Assembly: GCA_964627245.1 (NCBI GenBank) | Contig: CAZVGS010000001.1 | Coordinates: 153,256-217,255 of the forward strand | Source of the DNA: an uncultured Gammaproteobacteria bacterium | GTDB taxonomy: Bacteria; Patescibacteriota; Microgenomatia; Levybacterales; GWA1-39-11 | DNA length: 64,000 nucleotides | Direction of reading: 5' to 3' | Shown here: in pieces, positions 30,264 to 39,833 of the stretch | How the letters are laid out: each line of letters begins with the position of its first letter | How positions within the stretch are numbered: the stretch's first letter is position 1 | Notes under the pieces: model-generated | Database searches by the model: none | Told to the model about the DNA's origin: nothing | What the model saw: the letters and a program-made list of their open reading frames with translations, nothing else | Translations under genes and position numbers: made by a program

Positions 30264-30983
30264 TTATTTCTTTATACCTACTGCAATCAGCGAAATGCCG
30301 AATGGGAGATTTTTTTTAGGCTCAATTGCTTTTAGAATAGGCACAATTACATCGAAAGCTTTAACATGTGAAGGTTTAAGATGATTATTATTTCTATCTA
30401 TCTTATCTCTTACATACCAACTTAAAAGACCCAAGGCATTGAAGTATTCGACTTTAATATTCGAAAAACCGGCACCTTTCATTTTTAGAATTAATTCTTC
30501 CCTTTCATATCTTCTAAAATGTCCAAGTCTTTTATCTATTTTTGAATATACAGATTTTTTGGCGGGAACAAGCAAAACCACTCTACCCCCACTACTTAAT
30601 AGTGTATTCATGTTCCTTAAAGCTTTTTTGTCATCTTTTATATGCTCCAGAACATTCACGGAATAAATCGAATTGAATTTACTTTTAACGGTTGAGATTG
30701 TTTTTGAGATATCAAAAATTTCTACCCTAATATTCTTGCTGCTAATAAATTTTTTTTGGAGTATAGCTACTAAGTTTGGGTCGATATCACTTAGGGTTAA
30801 ATCTCTTATTTTTGCAAGCTGTTCGGAGATGTTTCCCAGACCGGCACCAATTTCAAGAGCAGGACTTTTTATAAAAGGCCTAATTGTCTCAGCAATCCAT
30901 TTATTGTAATTATCAGCACCTTCCAAAACCTCAAGAGTTTTTGTACCTTTGTATTTTGACATTAAAAAATAAGTTCTTTCCAA
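30264..30983 (-). CDS. Class I SAM-dependent methyltransferase (likely start 30962)
   Basis: LEIGAGLG, NVLEHIKDD, LLVPA and D..LGHFRRY. Confidence 0.88.
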   Translation of the reverse strand: MERTYFLMSKYKGTKTLEVLEGADNYNKWIAETIRPFIKSPALEIGAGLGNISEQLAKIRDLTLSDIDPNLVAILQKKFISSKNIRVEIFDISKTISTVKSKFNSIYSVNVLEHIKDDKKALRNMNTLLSSGGRVVLLVPAKKSVYSKIDKRLGHFRRYEREELILKMKGAGFSNIKVEYFNALGLLSWYVRDKIDRNNNHLKPSHVKAFDVIVPILKAIEPKKNLPFGISLIAVGIKK

Positions 30984-31081
30984 CTTAACTTAAGAATTAT
31001 AAGTGATAAAATTGTTCACCACAATATTTAATCCTATGCGGTTAGCAAGCAGTCTGGTATAATTTCCGGATACTCCAAATT

Positions 31082-31957
31082 ATGAAGATGTGTAATGTCT
31101 GCAATCAAAAACAAGAGTACTATTTTTCATACAAGAAATACAAATATTATAAATGCTGTTCCTGTGGCCTAGTTACCACACTACCTCTTCCTACAAAAGT
31201 AATTATTGAAAGGCATTATTCAAAGCGATTTAGAGAGGGAAATTATTCACTGCTACTTAAATACGAGGAAGAATACAAGCGGGTGTATCAAGATTTCATT
31301 TCAATTCTTCTAAAGATCTTGAAGAATAAAAGACTGAAACCAAAAAATCTTAGAGTTCTTGACGTCGGTTGTTTTACAGGTAGTTTTTTACAAATGTTAA
31401 AAAAAAGCGGATTCAATGTCACTGGACTTGAATTGCAAAAAGAGGCAGTTAAAATTGCTAGAAAGAAACTCCCTTCGGATGTTATTGTTGCCGATGTAAT
31501 GACAGACAAACTTCCTGGTAAGAGATACGACATTATTTGCATGCTTGGACTTATAGAGCACGTTAACAATCCAAGCAAATTAATCAAAAAATGTTCTAAA
31601 TATCAAGATGACAATGGAATGCTCCTAATCCAAACGCCTGACTCCTCAAGTCTTCCAGCAAGAATTCTAAGAAAGTACTGGCCACCATATTCCCCCGTTG
31701 AACATATTCACTTGTTTTCACAACAATCTCTTATCAAATTGCTTGAACAAAATAATTATGAGATTATCTTTAAGAGTAAACACATAAAAAAACTTCCAAT
31801 TTCCTACGTGTTTCAAATGCTTAAAAACTTCGGTCCGGAATTTAGAAAAATATTTTCTCCAATATACAAGATACTACCGCCATCAATTCGCAACGCAGTA
31901 TTACCCTTCTATGTAGGAGAGATGATTCTGGTTGCACGCAAACTACCAATAAAGTGA
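31082..31957 (+). CDS. Class I SAM-dependent methyltransferase with N-terminal Zn knuckle
   Basis: CNVC..CSCG, VLDVGCFTG, LIEHV.NP, IQTPD and EHIHLFS. Confidence 0.88.
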   Translation: MKMCNVCNQKQEYYFSYKKYKYYKCCSCGLVTTLPLPTKVIIERHYSKRFREGNYSLLLKYEEEYKRVYQDFISILLKILKNKRLKPKNLRVLDVGCFTGSFLQMLKKSGFNVTGLELQKEAVKIARKKLPSDVIVADVMTDKLPGKRYDIICMLGLIEHVNNPSKLIKKCSKYQDDNGMLLIQTPDSSSLPARILRKYWPPYSPVEHIHLFSQQSLIKLLEQNNYEIIFKSKHIKKLPISYVFQMLKNFGPEFRKIFSPIYKILPPSIRNAVLPFYVGEMILVARKLPIK

Positions 31958-33889
31958 ACTAGCGTCTTCAAATAACTGAATATCCGTAATTTGATTATTT
32001 TCTTCTGATTCAATTGAATGCACTAGCTTTGGAGAAAAAAACAAGGGTAAGCGGTCAAGATGCACCAAGCAAGAATGCGCACAATTAGTAAGCGATACCT
32101 TGGAAGGAATACCACTATCCGACTTGACCGTAAGCTGAATTCGCTCTTTCGAATTTGCTTTAAAAAGAATAAATTTATTTACAGAACTTATCTTACTGTA
32201 CATGAGAAATGAATTTAACTGTTGAATGTTATCGAAATGTGCAATTGGTTTTTTAAGTTCATTCCTTTTATCCCTGGCTTCCAGATAAGGAATTCCTCCA
32301 AAATCCACATCAAGCAACTTCTCCCCCCAAGCTGAAGTATTCCATCCCGGTGAACTGAAATAATCTGATTCCAAAGACCGCTTGAGTATTAAAAAATCAT
32401 CCACTTTTTCTTTGAAAATGTAATTTCTTAGAATATATGCCAGCTCAATATTTCCTCTAACGATATCCGGCACACTATCTTGAATTGCCGAGGTCTTTGT
32501 ATTTACAATGACATACTCCGGATTATACTCCTTGAAATATTCAAGGATCCTCTTTTGGCCGGCAAGATAGGATGCTTCATAAACACTAAAATAATATGGA
32601 GTTTTTTGATCAAAAATAATGTAAAAAATGGGGTCTTGAGGATAGCCAAATATGGACATAGGTCCATTATAGGAAGAAATTTTGTTCAATACTTTGAAGT
32701 GAGAACCGGCTCTATCGTTATAATTTAAGTTTTGTGAAAGACAGCTTGATGATTTATCAAGATTTAGTAAGTTTTTACTTTCAATAAATACGTTGTTTTC
32801 TTTTAACCCAATTCCAAAAATAATAATAAATGAGATGAAGGAAAAAGTAACAAGACCTGCCTTCTTAGCGTTATTTGTTAAGAAAGAGAATAGATAGCAA
32901 AAGAGTAAAAATCCGATGAATGAAAGCTGAGCATCAATTGAACGTGCGACATTTTTTTGCTCCAGTAAAAAAAGGGCGACTATTATGCCAATTCCGAGGT
33001 ACTCTTTCCTTGAAAACTTTTCGCTATTCACAAGTATTTTTTTGCTTAACACTGAAATTGTCAAAATCAGAAGCGATATAGTAAAAATGTTATCAATAGA
33101 AAAAAGGGAGGGAGGAAAAGGAATTTTTGCTAGCAGCGCAATGTTTTTATACTCGCTAAACGAATTTAGAAAGGGGGCTAATGCTCCGTTGTATAGTAGA
33201 TATGCCAAAAATGGAACTAAAAATATAGAACTTCCGGTTATAAACCAAGCCGCAATAGATATGCTGCTTTTGATGCTTTTGTGAATGTTTTTAGTAGTGC
33301 CTTTTAGAAGTGTCAGAATTAATATGAAAAGGTATATCAAGAATGCGTAAATACCCTGATCCGGCATAAGAGAAAAAATTCCTCCACAAAACAAACCTAA
33401 TAATAAATTAGCATTTCTAGATTTCATAGAAGTAGCGTGGAATGTCAAAAAAGAAGCAACAGAAAATGCAATTATCAAGCCGTATCTTAAAAAGATATCA
33501 ACTCCGGCTATTTGAAGAATAAAGGCAACGAAAAAGAAAAAGTAAATTATAGAATAAAGTTTTTTTACAAAAATTAACCTAAAAATCCGATAGTAAAAGA
33601 CAAAAAGGAACGTCTTTAAAAGCAGATCAATAAAACCCAATATTGGGCTTGTTTGCTTGTAGAATAAAAAGAAGCCGTAGGGGTAAAAAACATCCTTATA
33701 CGGCATATAATTTTTTTCAGCTGCATATAGCCAAGTCAGAAATGATTGCGAATCGAAATTCAGGTTTGAATATATATTACACGTGACAGCAAATGAAGGA
33801 AGAAGAAGTACAAGAACAACAATAAATACGAATAACGTGTCTTTTCCCAAAAATTTTTTACTTAACATGTCTTTTGAGGATTTTACCAA
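31943..33889 (-). CDS. Polytopic membrane protein, probable GT-C-fold glycosyltransferase
   Basis: About 11 TM helices. N-terminal loop FDSQ...PYKDVFYPYG resembles the PY.D...PYG loop of GT-C enzymes. Soluble C-terminal domain. Confidence 0.55.
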   Translation of the reverse strand: MVKSSKDMLSKKFLGKDTLFVFIVVLVLLLPSFAVTCNIYSNLNFDSQSFLTWLYAAEKNYMPYKDVFYPYGFFLFYKQTSPILGFIDLLLKTFLFVFYYRIFRLIFVKKLYSIIYFFFFVAFILQIAGVDIFLRYGLIIAFSVASFLTFHATSMKSRNANLLLGLFCGGIFSLMPDQGIYAFLIYLFILILTLLKGTTKNIHKSIKSSISIAAWFITGSSIFLVPFLAYLLYNGALAPFLNSFSEYKNIALLAKIPFPPSLFSIDNIFTISLLILTISVLSKKILVNSEKFSRKEYLGIGIIVALFLLEQKNVARSIDAQLSFIGFLLFCYLFSFLTNNAKKAGLVTFSFISFIIIFGIGLKENNVFIESKNLLNLDKSSSCLSQNLNYNDRAGSHFKVLNKISSYNGPMSIFGYPQDPIFYIIFDQKTPYYFSVYEASYLAGQKRILEYFKEYNPEYVIVNTKTSAIQDSVPDIVRGNIELAYILRNYIFKEKVDDFLILKRSLESDYFSSPGWNTSAWGEKLLDVDFGGIPYLEARDKRNELKKPIAHFDNIQQLNSFLMYSKISSVNKFILFKANSKERIQLTVKSDSGIPSKVSLTNCAHSCLVHLDRLPLFFSPKLVHSIESEENNQITDIQLFEDASSLYW

Positions 33890-34103
33890 TACTAAATGCT
33901 AATACTACCGGCAAAGCACACATAAGAAAGAATAATACAAAATCAAAAAATATTGGATAATTATAAAATTGTGAGTATCCTATTGCTTGACTACTATCAA
34001 GTCCCGGCGGATTAAATAATTCCCTCAAAAAACGGAGTGTAAGAAGCAAGCAAGACTCGGCAATTATAACGCTTATGTAAAAGATTGTATTACCTCCAAA
34101 CAT
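33858..34103 (-). CDS. Small 2-TM membrane protein
   Basis: Two hydrophobic helices flanking IGYSQFYNYP..FD; overlaps the start of the downstream polytopic gene. Confidence 0.6.
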   Translation of the reverse strand: MFGGNTIFYISVIIAESCLLLTLRFLRELFNPPGLDSSQAIGYSQFYNYPIFFDFVLFFLMCALPVVLAFSIGKILKRHVK

Positions 34104-34135
34104 ATACTATATTATAGTATACTTTTTGGGGCAAA

Positions 34136-35422
34136 ATGAATTCAAATATAAAAAATGTGGAGGGATATGTAATTATTGGTGAGCACAAAGTTTTTAATCT
34201 GTGCCGTTTTTGCAATAAAGGCGAATTGACTAAGGTAATTAATATCGGGCAGGTTCCGCTTGCGGGAGGATTTGTTAAAAAATCCGACATTAATAGTAAA
34301 ATCCAATTCTACTATCCTTTGTCGCTGGGATTTTGCCAGAAATGTAAAATGCTTCAAACAATTGAAACCGTTGATGAAAACACGCTGTTTGAAAACTATT
34401 ATTACGCTACCTCTAAAATTAGAACATTAACCTCTCACCTTAACAAATTGGCAGATGAAATAACGTCTTCATTAAAAAACAAGCAAGGGTTTGTTGTCGA
34501 AATAGGATCTAATGACGGTGTACTGATAAGAAGACTTACTAAAAATAAAGTTAAATCATTAGGCGTTGACCCTGCTAGAAATCTTGTCCTCCCCAAAATT
34601 AAAAAAAAGCTGTCTCTTATGTGTGCTTATTTTAATAAAACAACAGCAAAAAAAATTATTTCAAAATTTGGAACGGCAGATGTCATAACCAGCTCAAATA
34701 CAATGGCCCATATTGAAGATATTGCAAGTGTCTACAGAGGAATAAAAATATTGCTCAAAAAAAACGGCTTTGCCATTATTGAAGTACATTATTTGCAAAA
34801 TTTAATACAAGAATTCCAGTACGACATGATTTATCATGAGCACTTGTATTATTACTCTGTAAGCTCTATGCAAAACATTCTAAAATTATATGAGCTGGAA
34901 ATGTATGACGTTAAAAAAATCCCAATTCATGCGGGTTCTATCAGATTTTATATTCAACACAAAAATGGACCGAGAAAGACTTCTGGGAATGTTAAATTAT
35001 TTCTTGACGAGGAAGACAATCAAAAAATAAATGAACTAGAAACCTTTTTTCAATTTAATGAAACCATGAAAAGAAAAAAGCAATTACTGCTAACCAAACT
35101 TACAGCCTTAAAAAGGGAATCAAAGTCTATTGCAGGATACGGTGCTTCCGGCAGGGCAAATACAATAATGGGTTATTGCGGTATAGGAAAAGAGACACTT
35201 GATTATATAATTGATGATTCACCCCTCAAGCAAGGGGCATATACGCCCGGAAATAAGCTGGAAATAATTAATTCGTCCATTCTAACTACCAAGAAACGCC
35301 CGGACTACGTTTTACTTTTTGCTTGGTCATTTTTTGATGAGATTATATCTAAAAATGCAAAATACCTACAACTGGGAGGCAAATTCCTTTTGCCGCTTCC
35401 TAAAATCAAAATCGTAAAATGA
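34136..35422 (+). CDS. NDP-hexose C-methyltransferase (NovU/TcaB9/EryBIII-like)
   Basis: Zn site CRFC..CQKC, VEIGSNDG, NTMAH, YDMIYHEH, HAGS.R, GYGASGR, KQG..TPG and LLFAW. Confidence 0.9.
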   Translation: MNSNIKNVEGYVIIGEHKVFNLCRFCNKGELTKVINIGQVPLAGGFVKKSDINSKIQFYYPLSLGFCQKCKMLQTIETVDENTLFENYYYATSKIRTLTSHLNKLADEITSSLKNKQGFVVEIGSNDGVLIRRLTKNKVKSLGVDPARNLVLPKIKKKLSLMCAYFNKTTAKKIISKFGTADVITSSNTMAHIEDIASVYRGIKILLKKNGFAIIEVHYLQNLIQEFQYDMIYHEHLYYYSVSSMQNILKLYELEMYDVKKIPIHAGSIRFYIQHKNGPRKTSGNVKLFLDEEDNQKINELETFFQFNETMKRKKQLLLTKLTALKRESKSIAGYGASGRANTIMGYCGIGKETLDYIIDDSPLKQGAYTPGNKLEIINSSILTTKKRPDYVLLFAWSFFDEIISKNAKYLQLGGKFLLPLPKIKIVK

Positions 35423-36276
35423 TAAAAAAAAATATATTAGTTTTTGGTGCTGATGGTATGGTTGGAAACACAATTTTAAGATATTTTAGCCACCAGGATA
35501 AATTTAACACCTTTGGCACCTCCCGAAAGAAAGATGCTTTCTTCTACTTGGATGTCAAGAGTTTTAAGAAGGACATAGAAAAAATACTTAAAGAAAATAA
35601 ATCTATATCAACAATAATAAATTGCATTGGTGAAACAAGCAAAGACCCTCAGATAAAAAATCTCATTGAAGTAAATTCGCTTTTTCCCCAATATCTTGCT
35701 GAATTTCTCAACTCAAAAAAAATAAAATTGATACATATCTCAACTGACGCCGTTTTCAACAGGGAGCAGCGTAGTGCTTCCGAAAAAACGCGTCCATTAC
35801 CTGATACTTTGTATGGAGCATCGAAATTGCTTGGCGAGCCGCATTTTCCGAATTGTTTTGTTGTAAGAACATCAATCCTTGGACTCAGCAAATCTAAAAA
35901 AAATGGACTTCTTGACTGGGCTAGAAGCCAAACTTCAGATCCAATTAAAGGCTATACAAATCAACAGTGGTCAGGATGCACCAGTTTACAGCTAAGTATA
36001 TTTTGCAATTACCTAATTAACAACTGGAACAAAACTAAAGCCGGCAAAGGTAGAATTATCCATTTTTCTCCTATTCAAAAGGTTAGCAAGTACGATATTC
36101 TACAATCAGCCAAAACAGTCGGGATAATAAATGAGAGAATATTAAAAGGGGTAGACGATATAACTATAAACCGCTTTCTGGTTTCCATTTATTTTGACAA
36201 AAAACAGAAATCTAAGTATACTTTCGAAATTACTAAAGCCCTATCGGAACTGATTGATTTTTATAAAAACTCATGA
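35419..36276 (+). CDS. RmlD-like NDP-4-keto-6-deoxyhexose reductase (WbvR/WbjC-type role)
   Basis: GADGMVG, INCIG, HISTDAVF, YGASKLLGE and RTSI.G. Confidence 0.85.
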   Translation: MIKKNILVFGADGMVGNTILRYFSHQDKFNTFGTSRKKDAFFYLDVKSFKKDIEKILKENKSISTIINCIGETSKDPQIKNLIEVNSLFPQYLAEFLNSKKIKLIHISTDAVFNREQRSASEKTRPLPDTLYGASKLLGEPHFPNCFVVRTSILGLSKSKKNGLLDWARSQTSDPIKGYTNQQWSGCTSLQLSIFCNYLINNWNKTKAGKGRIIHFSPIQKVSKYDILQSAKTVGIINERILKGVDDITINRFLVSIYFDKKQKSKYTFEITKALSELIDFYKNS

Positions 36277-37466
36277 CTAAAGTAAAAAAAATTGCCTTCG
36301 TACTAGGATTACGGCCGGATTTAATTAGAGCGGCCCTTATTATAAAGCAACTTGAGAGAGAGAAAGATATCAAAACTATTTTCATCTGGTCAGGTCAAAA
36401 CTATTCAGATAATTTGAAAGGTATATTTTTTAGAGAATTAGGAGTCCGCAAACCCGATATTGACCTTAAGTGCAGCGGCGATACGGACGCTGAGATAACT
36501 TCAAAGTTAATTGCAAAATTGTATCCTGTCCTTGAGAAGACGCAGCCTGATGCTGTTGCCTTTTTAGGAGACACAAATACTACTGTGGGATGCATAGCCG
36601 CGATGCAGCTCAACATCCCAATTATTCACATAGAAGGATGTTGGCACTCTTACGATTGGCGGATGCCTGAGGAAAAGTATAGAACCCTTGCTGATCATAT
36701 GGCAGATGTAATTTACACATATGCAGATGAATACAAAGAAAGAGGGATTGCAGAAGGTCTAAATCCAAAAAATATTGTGGTGACCGGACATCCGGTTATT
36801 GATTTGCTGGATGAGTACTATTTTTCTCAAAAAAAACGTTTAGATAAATTAACAACGGATAAATTTTTTGCATCCCGAAAACTTAGACGTAATAATTATC
36901 TTTTGATGACTTGTCATAGGAGAGAAAACGTTCATATTCCATCTTCATTTAAGGCTATAATTAATTTAGTTTCAAAATCGCCGTACCCGGTTTATTTCCC
37001 GGCCAGTTATAGAACCCAAAAGGTCATCAAGGAAATGAAAATCTCGTTGCCAAAGAATGTGATTATGGTGGACCCTATCGGCTATGAAGAAATTTTAATC
37101 CTCATGACAAATTCTAAGGGTGTTATCACAGATTCAGGAACTCTCAACGAGGAAGCGTGTGTTCTTGGAGTGCCTTGCATTAATATGAGAAAAGCCACTG
37201 AAAGACCCCAAGTTTATGACACCGGAGGCTGCATCAAATTTGATTCCAGCCTGCCCGATAAATACAAGCCAGGTGATATTTATAAAAAGCTTGCTATTGT
37301 AGCAAAGCGGCAATGGAGACAACCCTTTGGCCCTAAGGGCGCATCACAGCAAATTGCAAAAGATATTGCGGCCAGGTTACGCAGCAACAATGTGAGAGGA
37401 CACTTGCCGGAAAACAACCATCTGCCCATAGAAAGGTCATTCATTGAAGATGGTATCAAAATCTAA
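36273..37466 (+). CDS. UDP-N-acetylhexosamine 2-epimerase (WbjD/FnlC-like), divergent
   Basis: GLRPD, SGQNY, LGDTNT, MPEE, CHRREN, ITDSGT..EEA and R.ATERP. Confidence 0.85.
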   Translation: MTKVKKIAFVLGLRPDLIRAALIIKQLEREKDIKTIFIWSGQNYSDNLKGIFFRELGVRKPDIDLKCSGDTDAEITSKLIAKLYPVLEKTQPDAVAFLGDTNTTVGCIAAMQLNIPIIHIEGCWHSYDWRMPEEKYRTLADHMADVIYTYADEYKERGIAEGLNPKNIVVTGHPVIDLLDEYYFSQKKRLDKLTTDKFFASRKLRRNNYLLMTCHRRENVHIPSSFKAIINLVSKSPYPVYFPASYRTQKVIKEMKISLPKNVIMVDPIGYEEILILMTNSKGVITDSGTLNEEACVLGVPCINMRKATERPQVYDTGGCIKFDSSLPDKYKPGDIYKKLAIVAKRQWRQPFGPKGASQQIAKDIAARLRSNNVRGHLPENNHLPIERSFIEDGIKI

Positions 37467-38181
37467 AAAACTTCTAGCAGTAATTATTCCTATGTATAAT
37501 GAGGAAAAAGTTGCAAACCGCTGCATTGAAAGAGTTCTTACTCAATTAAATAAAGAGTCTGTAGGTTCCATTCTTATTGTGATCAATGACGGAAGCACAG
37601 ACAAAACTTTTTCGATTCTTGAGGAGTGGCAAAGAAAGAAAAAAAAATTTCTTAAAATTGTCCATTACAAAAAAAATAAAGGATATGGAGGTGCTATCCA
37701 AACCGGAATTAAAGAGGCAATAAAACTTGGCTACATTTACACTTTAACCATGGACTCGGATCTTACTAATGATCCTAAATACATTCATGCATTTATAGAG
37801 GCAAGCAAAACAAATATCGATTGTGTTAAAGCCTCGAGGTATATAAAAGGAGGAAGAGTCATAAATGTGCCTGCATACAGAGTGTTTGTTTCTTATGTAG
37901 GAAATAAATTAGCCAGCATACTGTTCAATATAGGAGTAACAGACTGCACGAATGGGTTTCGCATGGTTAAAACCTCTTTATTAAAAAATGTAAGATTTCG
38001 AGAAAATAATTTTTCAATTATTTTAGAGGAGTTATATTACCTAAAGAAAAAGAGAGCGACATTTATGGAGATACCGAATACGCTTACCGTAAGAAAGGAT
38101 TCCGCATCACATTTTTCATACAAACCGAAAGTATTTTATGATTACTTCAAATATACTCTACTCGCTGCTTTCATTGATTAA
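37444..38181 (+). CDS. GT2 polyprenol-phosphate glycosyltransferase (DPM1-like)
   Basis: IIPMYNEE, INDGSTD, NKGYG, MDSDL, ASRY and DCTNGFR. Confidence 0.88.
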   Translation: MKMVSKSKKLLAVIIPMYNEEKVANRCIERVLTQLNKESVGSILIVINDGSTDKTFSILEEWQRKKKKFLKIVHYKKNKGYGGAIQTGIKEAIKLGYIYTLTMDSDLTNDPKYIHAFIEASKTNIDCVKASRYIKGGRVINVPAYRVFVSYVGNKLASILFNIGVTDCTNGFRMVKTSLLKNVRFRENNFSIILEELYYLKKKRATFMEIPNTLTVRKDSASHFSYKPKVFYDYFKYTLLAAFID

Positions 38182-39477
38182 ATTTTTGCGGATCATTATT
38201 GAGAATACCAGCGCCGTATAAAAAACTGCAAGAGGAAAAATGTGCAAAAAGAGCCTATTCATAGTACTGGAAACATGTTCCGCAGGGCTATGCGGTGACA
38301 GCAAGAAAACAAAAATATAAGACACCAATTGAGCGCCAATCACAATAAGAATCAATCTTCCTCTATATATTTTGAATTTCCATCCAAGATAAGAAGCTAT
38401 TAAAAAAGTTAACCAGAGTAAGTTCCAATTTTTAATATTGATCATTTCGTAAAATACTTCAATCAGGACATTTAATAATCTTGATGTATGCAAAGCAGAG
38501 TTTGAGTAAAGGGAGTATGCAAGACCGTTTTGAAACTTGAAAATTTGCCAAAAAAACGTGGGTAACAAAGTCAAAAGCAAAATCGCAAGATGTATATACT
38601 TTCTTTTTTGCAAGGAGTATGCAGATGCAATTAAAAAAAGAGTTAAACTAAAAATTAATCCTTCTTCTTTTATTAATGAAGTTATCGTAAGAAAAATTCC
38701 AAAAATAATTAAATCTTCCCTCCTCCTTCGTGCAAAAAATTGAAACAAAAGCATTAATGAGCAAAATATATAAAAACCCAGTACAAGATCGGCATAACCT
38801 GCCTCAAATCTTCCGCCATGTCTAAGAAAATTTTGTGTTGCGAAAAGCAAAAAAGTAAAAAATATTGCTATGGATCTCGCTGCATGCATTCTAAGAGATG
38901 TGTAAAAAGCTATTCCCGTAAATAAATAAAATGCGAAAAAATACAAAAGTATTGCAGTGTCATCAAAAACTGTTAAAAATTTTAATAAAAATACAATCGA
39001 AAGATTTATGATGTATGGGTAATTCTCATGCAGCAAATGATAAACTTCCGTATTAACATAGCCGTCTACAAAAAACATTCTTGCCTTCAGTACCCAAATG
39101 GCCCATCCATCCCAAGCAGATAAGGGTCTAAGAACAGCTTCTAAGCAGACATGGATAACAAGCATCGCAGTAAGAATAGCCAAAAACTTCTCAAGAATTG
39201 AAAATTTAACTGCAAATTTTGGAATTGTATAATTATTCTTAATAATAGCCGCAATTGAGAAAACTAACCACGGCGCAAAAATTAGCTCCAAACTCCATTC
39301 CAATGAAAAATATGAATAAAAAAATAATTGCATTCCAACAAGACCAACTCCAAGGCCAAAAAAATAAGGAATCTTTTGAAACAATGAATAATTCCTAAAA
39401 AAACCGAACATAAATGCAAATACATACCCTATCCATATAAAAGAAATTAATGATAGGACTACAATAACGTTATTCAT
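38158..39477 (-). CDS. GT-C-fold polytopic glycosyltransferase
   Basis: WDGWAIWVLKAR, HENYP, GYADL and SLIKEEG, with about 12 TM helices. Confidence 0.7.
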   Translation of the reverse strand: MNNVIVVLSLISFIWIGYVFAFMFGFFRNYSLFQKIPYFFGLGVGLVGMQLFFYSYFSLEWSLELIFAPWLVFSIAAIIKNNYTIPKFAVKFSILEKFLAILTAMLVIHVCLEAVLRPLSAWDGWAIWVLKARMFFVDGYVNTEVYHLLHENYPYIINLSIVFLLKFLTVFDDTAILLYFFAFYLFTGIAFYTSLRMHAARSIAIFFTFLLFATQNFLRHGGRFEAGYADLVLGFYIFCSLMLLFQFFARRRREDLIIFGIFLTITSLIKEEGLIFSLTLFLIASAYSLQKRKYIHLAILLLTLLPTFFWQIFKFQNGLAYSLYSNSALHTSRLLNVLIEVFYEMINIKNWNLLWLTFLIASYLGWKFKIYRGRLILIVIGAQLVSYIFVFLLSPHSPAEHVSSTMNRLFLHIFPLAVFYTALVFSIMIRKNLINESSE

Positions 39478-39488
39478 ACATAATTTTT

Positions 39489-39833
39489 TTAACGAAAATC
39501 TATTACATGGTCATACAGTGAATTATTCTTTTGATAGTTCCTTAAAGCAATTTCTATTTTTCGGGGATACAAAAAATAATAGGATTTATAAAGTAAACCT
39601 CGCGCAACCATATCGTGAGTTGCAATGATTAAAATTCTTGAGTTTTCATTTGTCGTTTCTTGAAGTTGGCTAAATTTCTCATACTCAGCACCAAATATAC
39701 CAACTCTCTTTTCGTAAGATGACGAGCTAAATTCATGCGGTAATTCATGTATACCTTTAACTATATTAAAAATTGATCTTGCAAATGAAACCGTAAACCA
39801 GAGTAATATCAATATAAAATAAATTCGAGCCAT
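39489..39833 (-). CDS. Small membrane-anchored hypothetical protein
   Basis: N-terminal TM and a YYFLYPR motif; abuts both neighbours on the same strand. Confidence 0.65.
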   Translation of the reverse strand: MARIYFILILLWFTVSFARSIFNIVKGIHELPHEFSSSSYEKRVGIFGAEYEKFSQLQETTNENSRILIIATHDMVARGLLYKSYYFLYPRKIEIALRNYQKNNSLYDHVIDFR

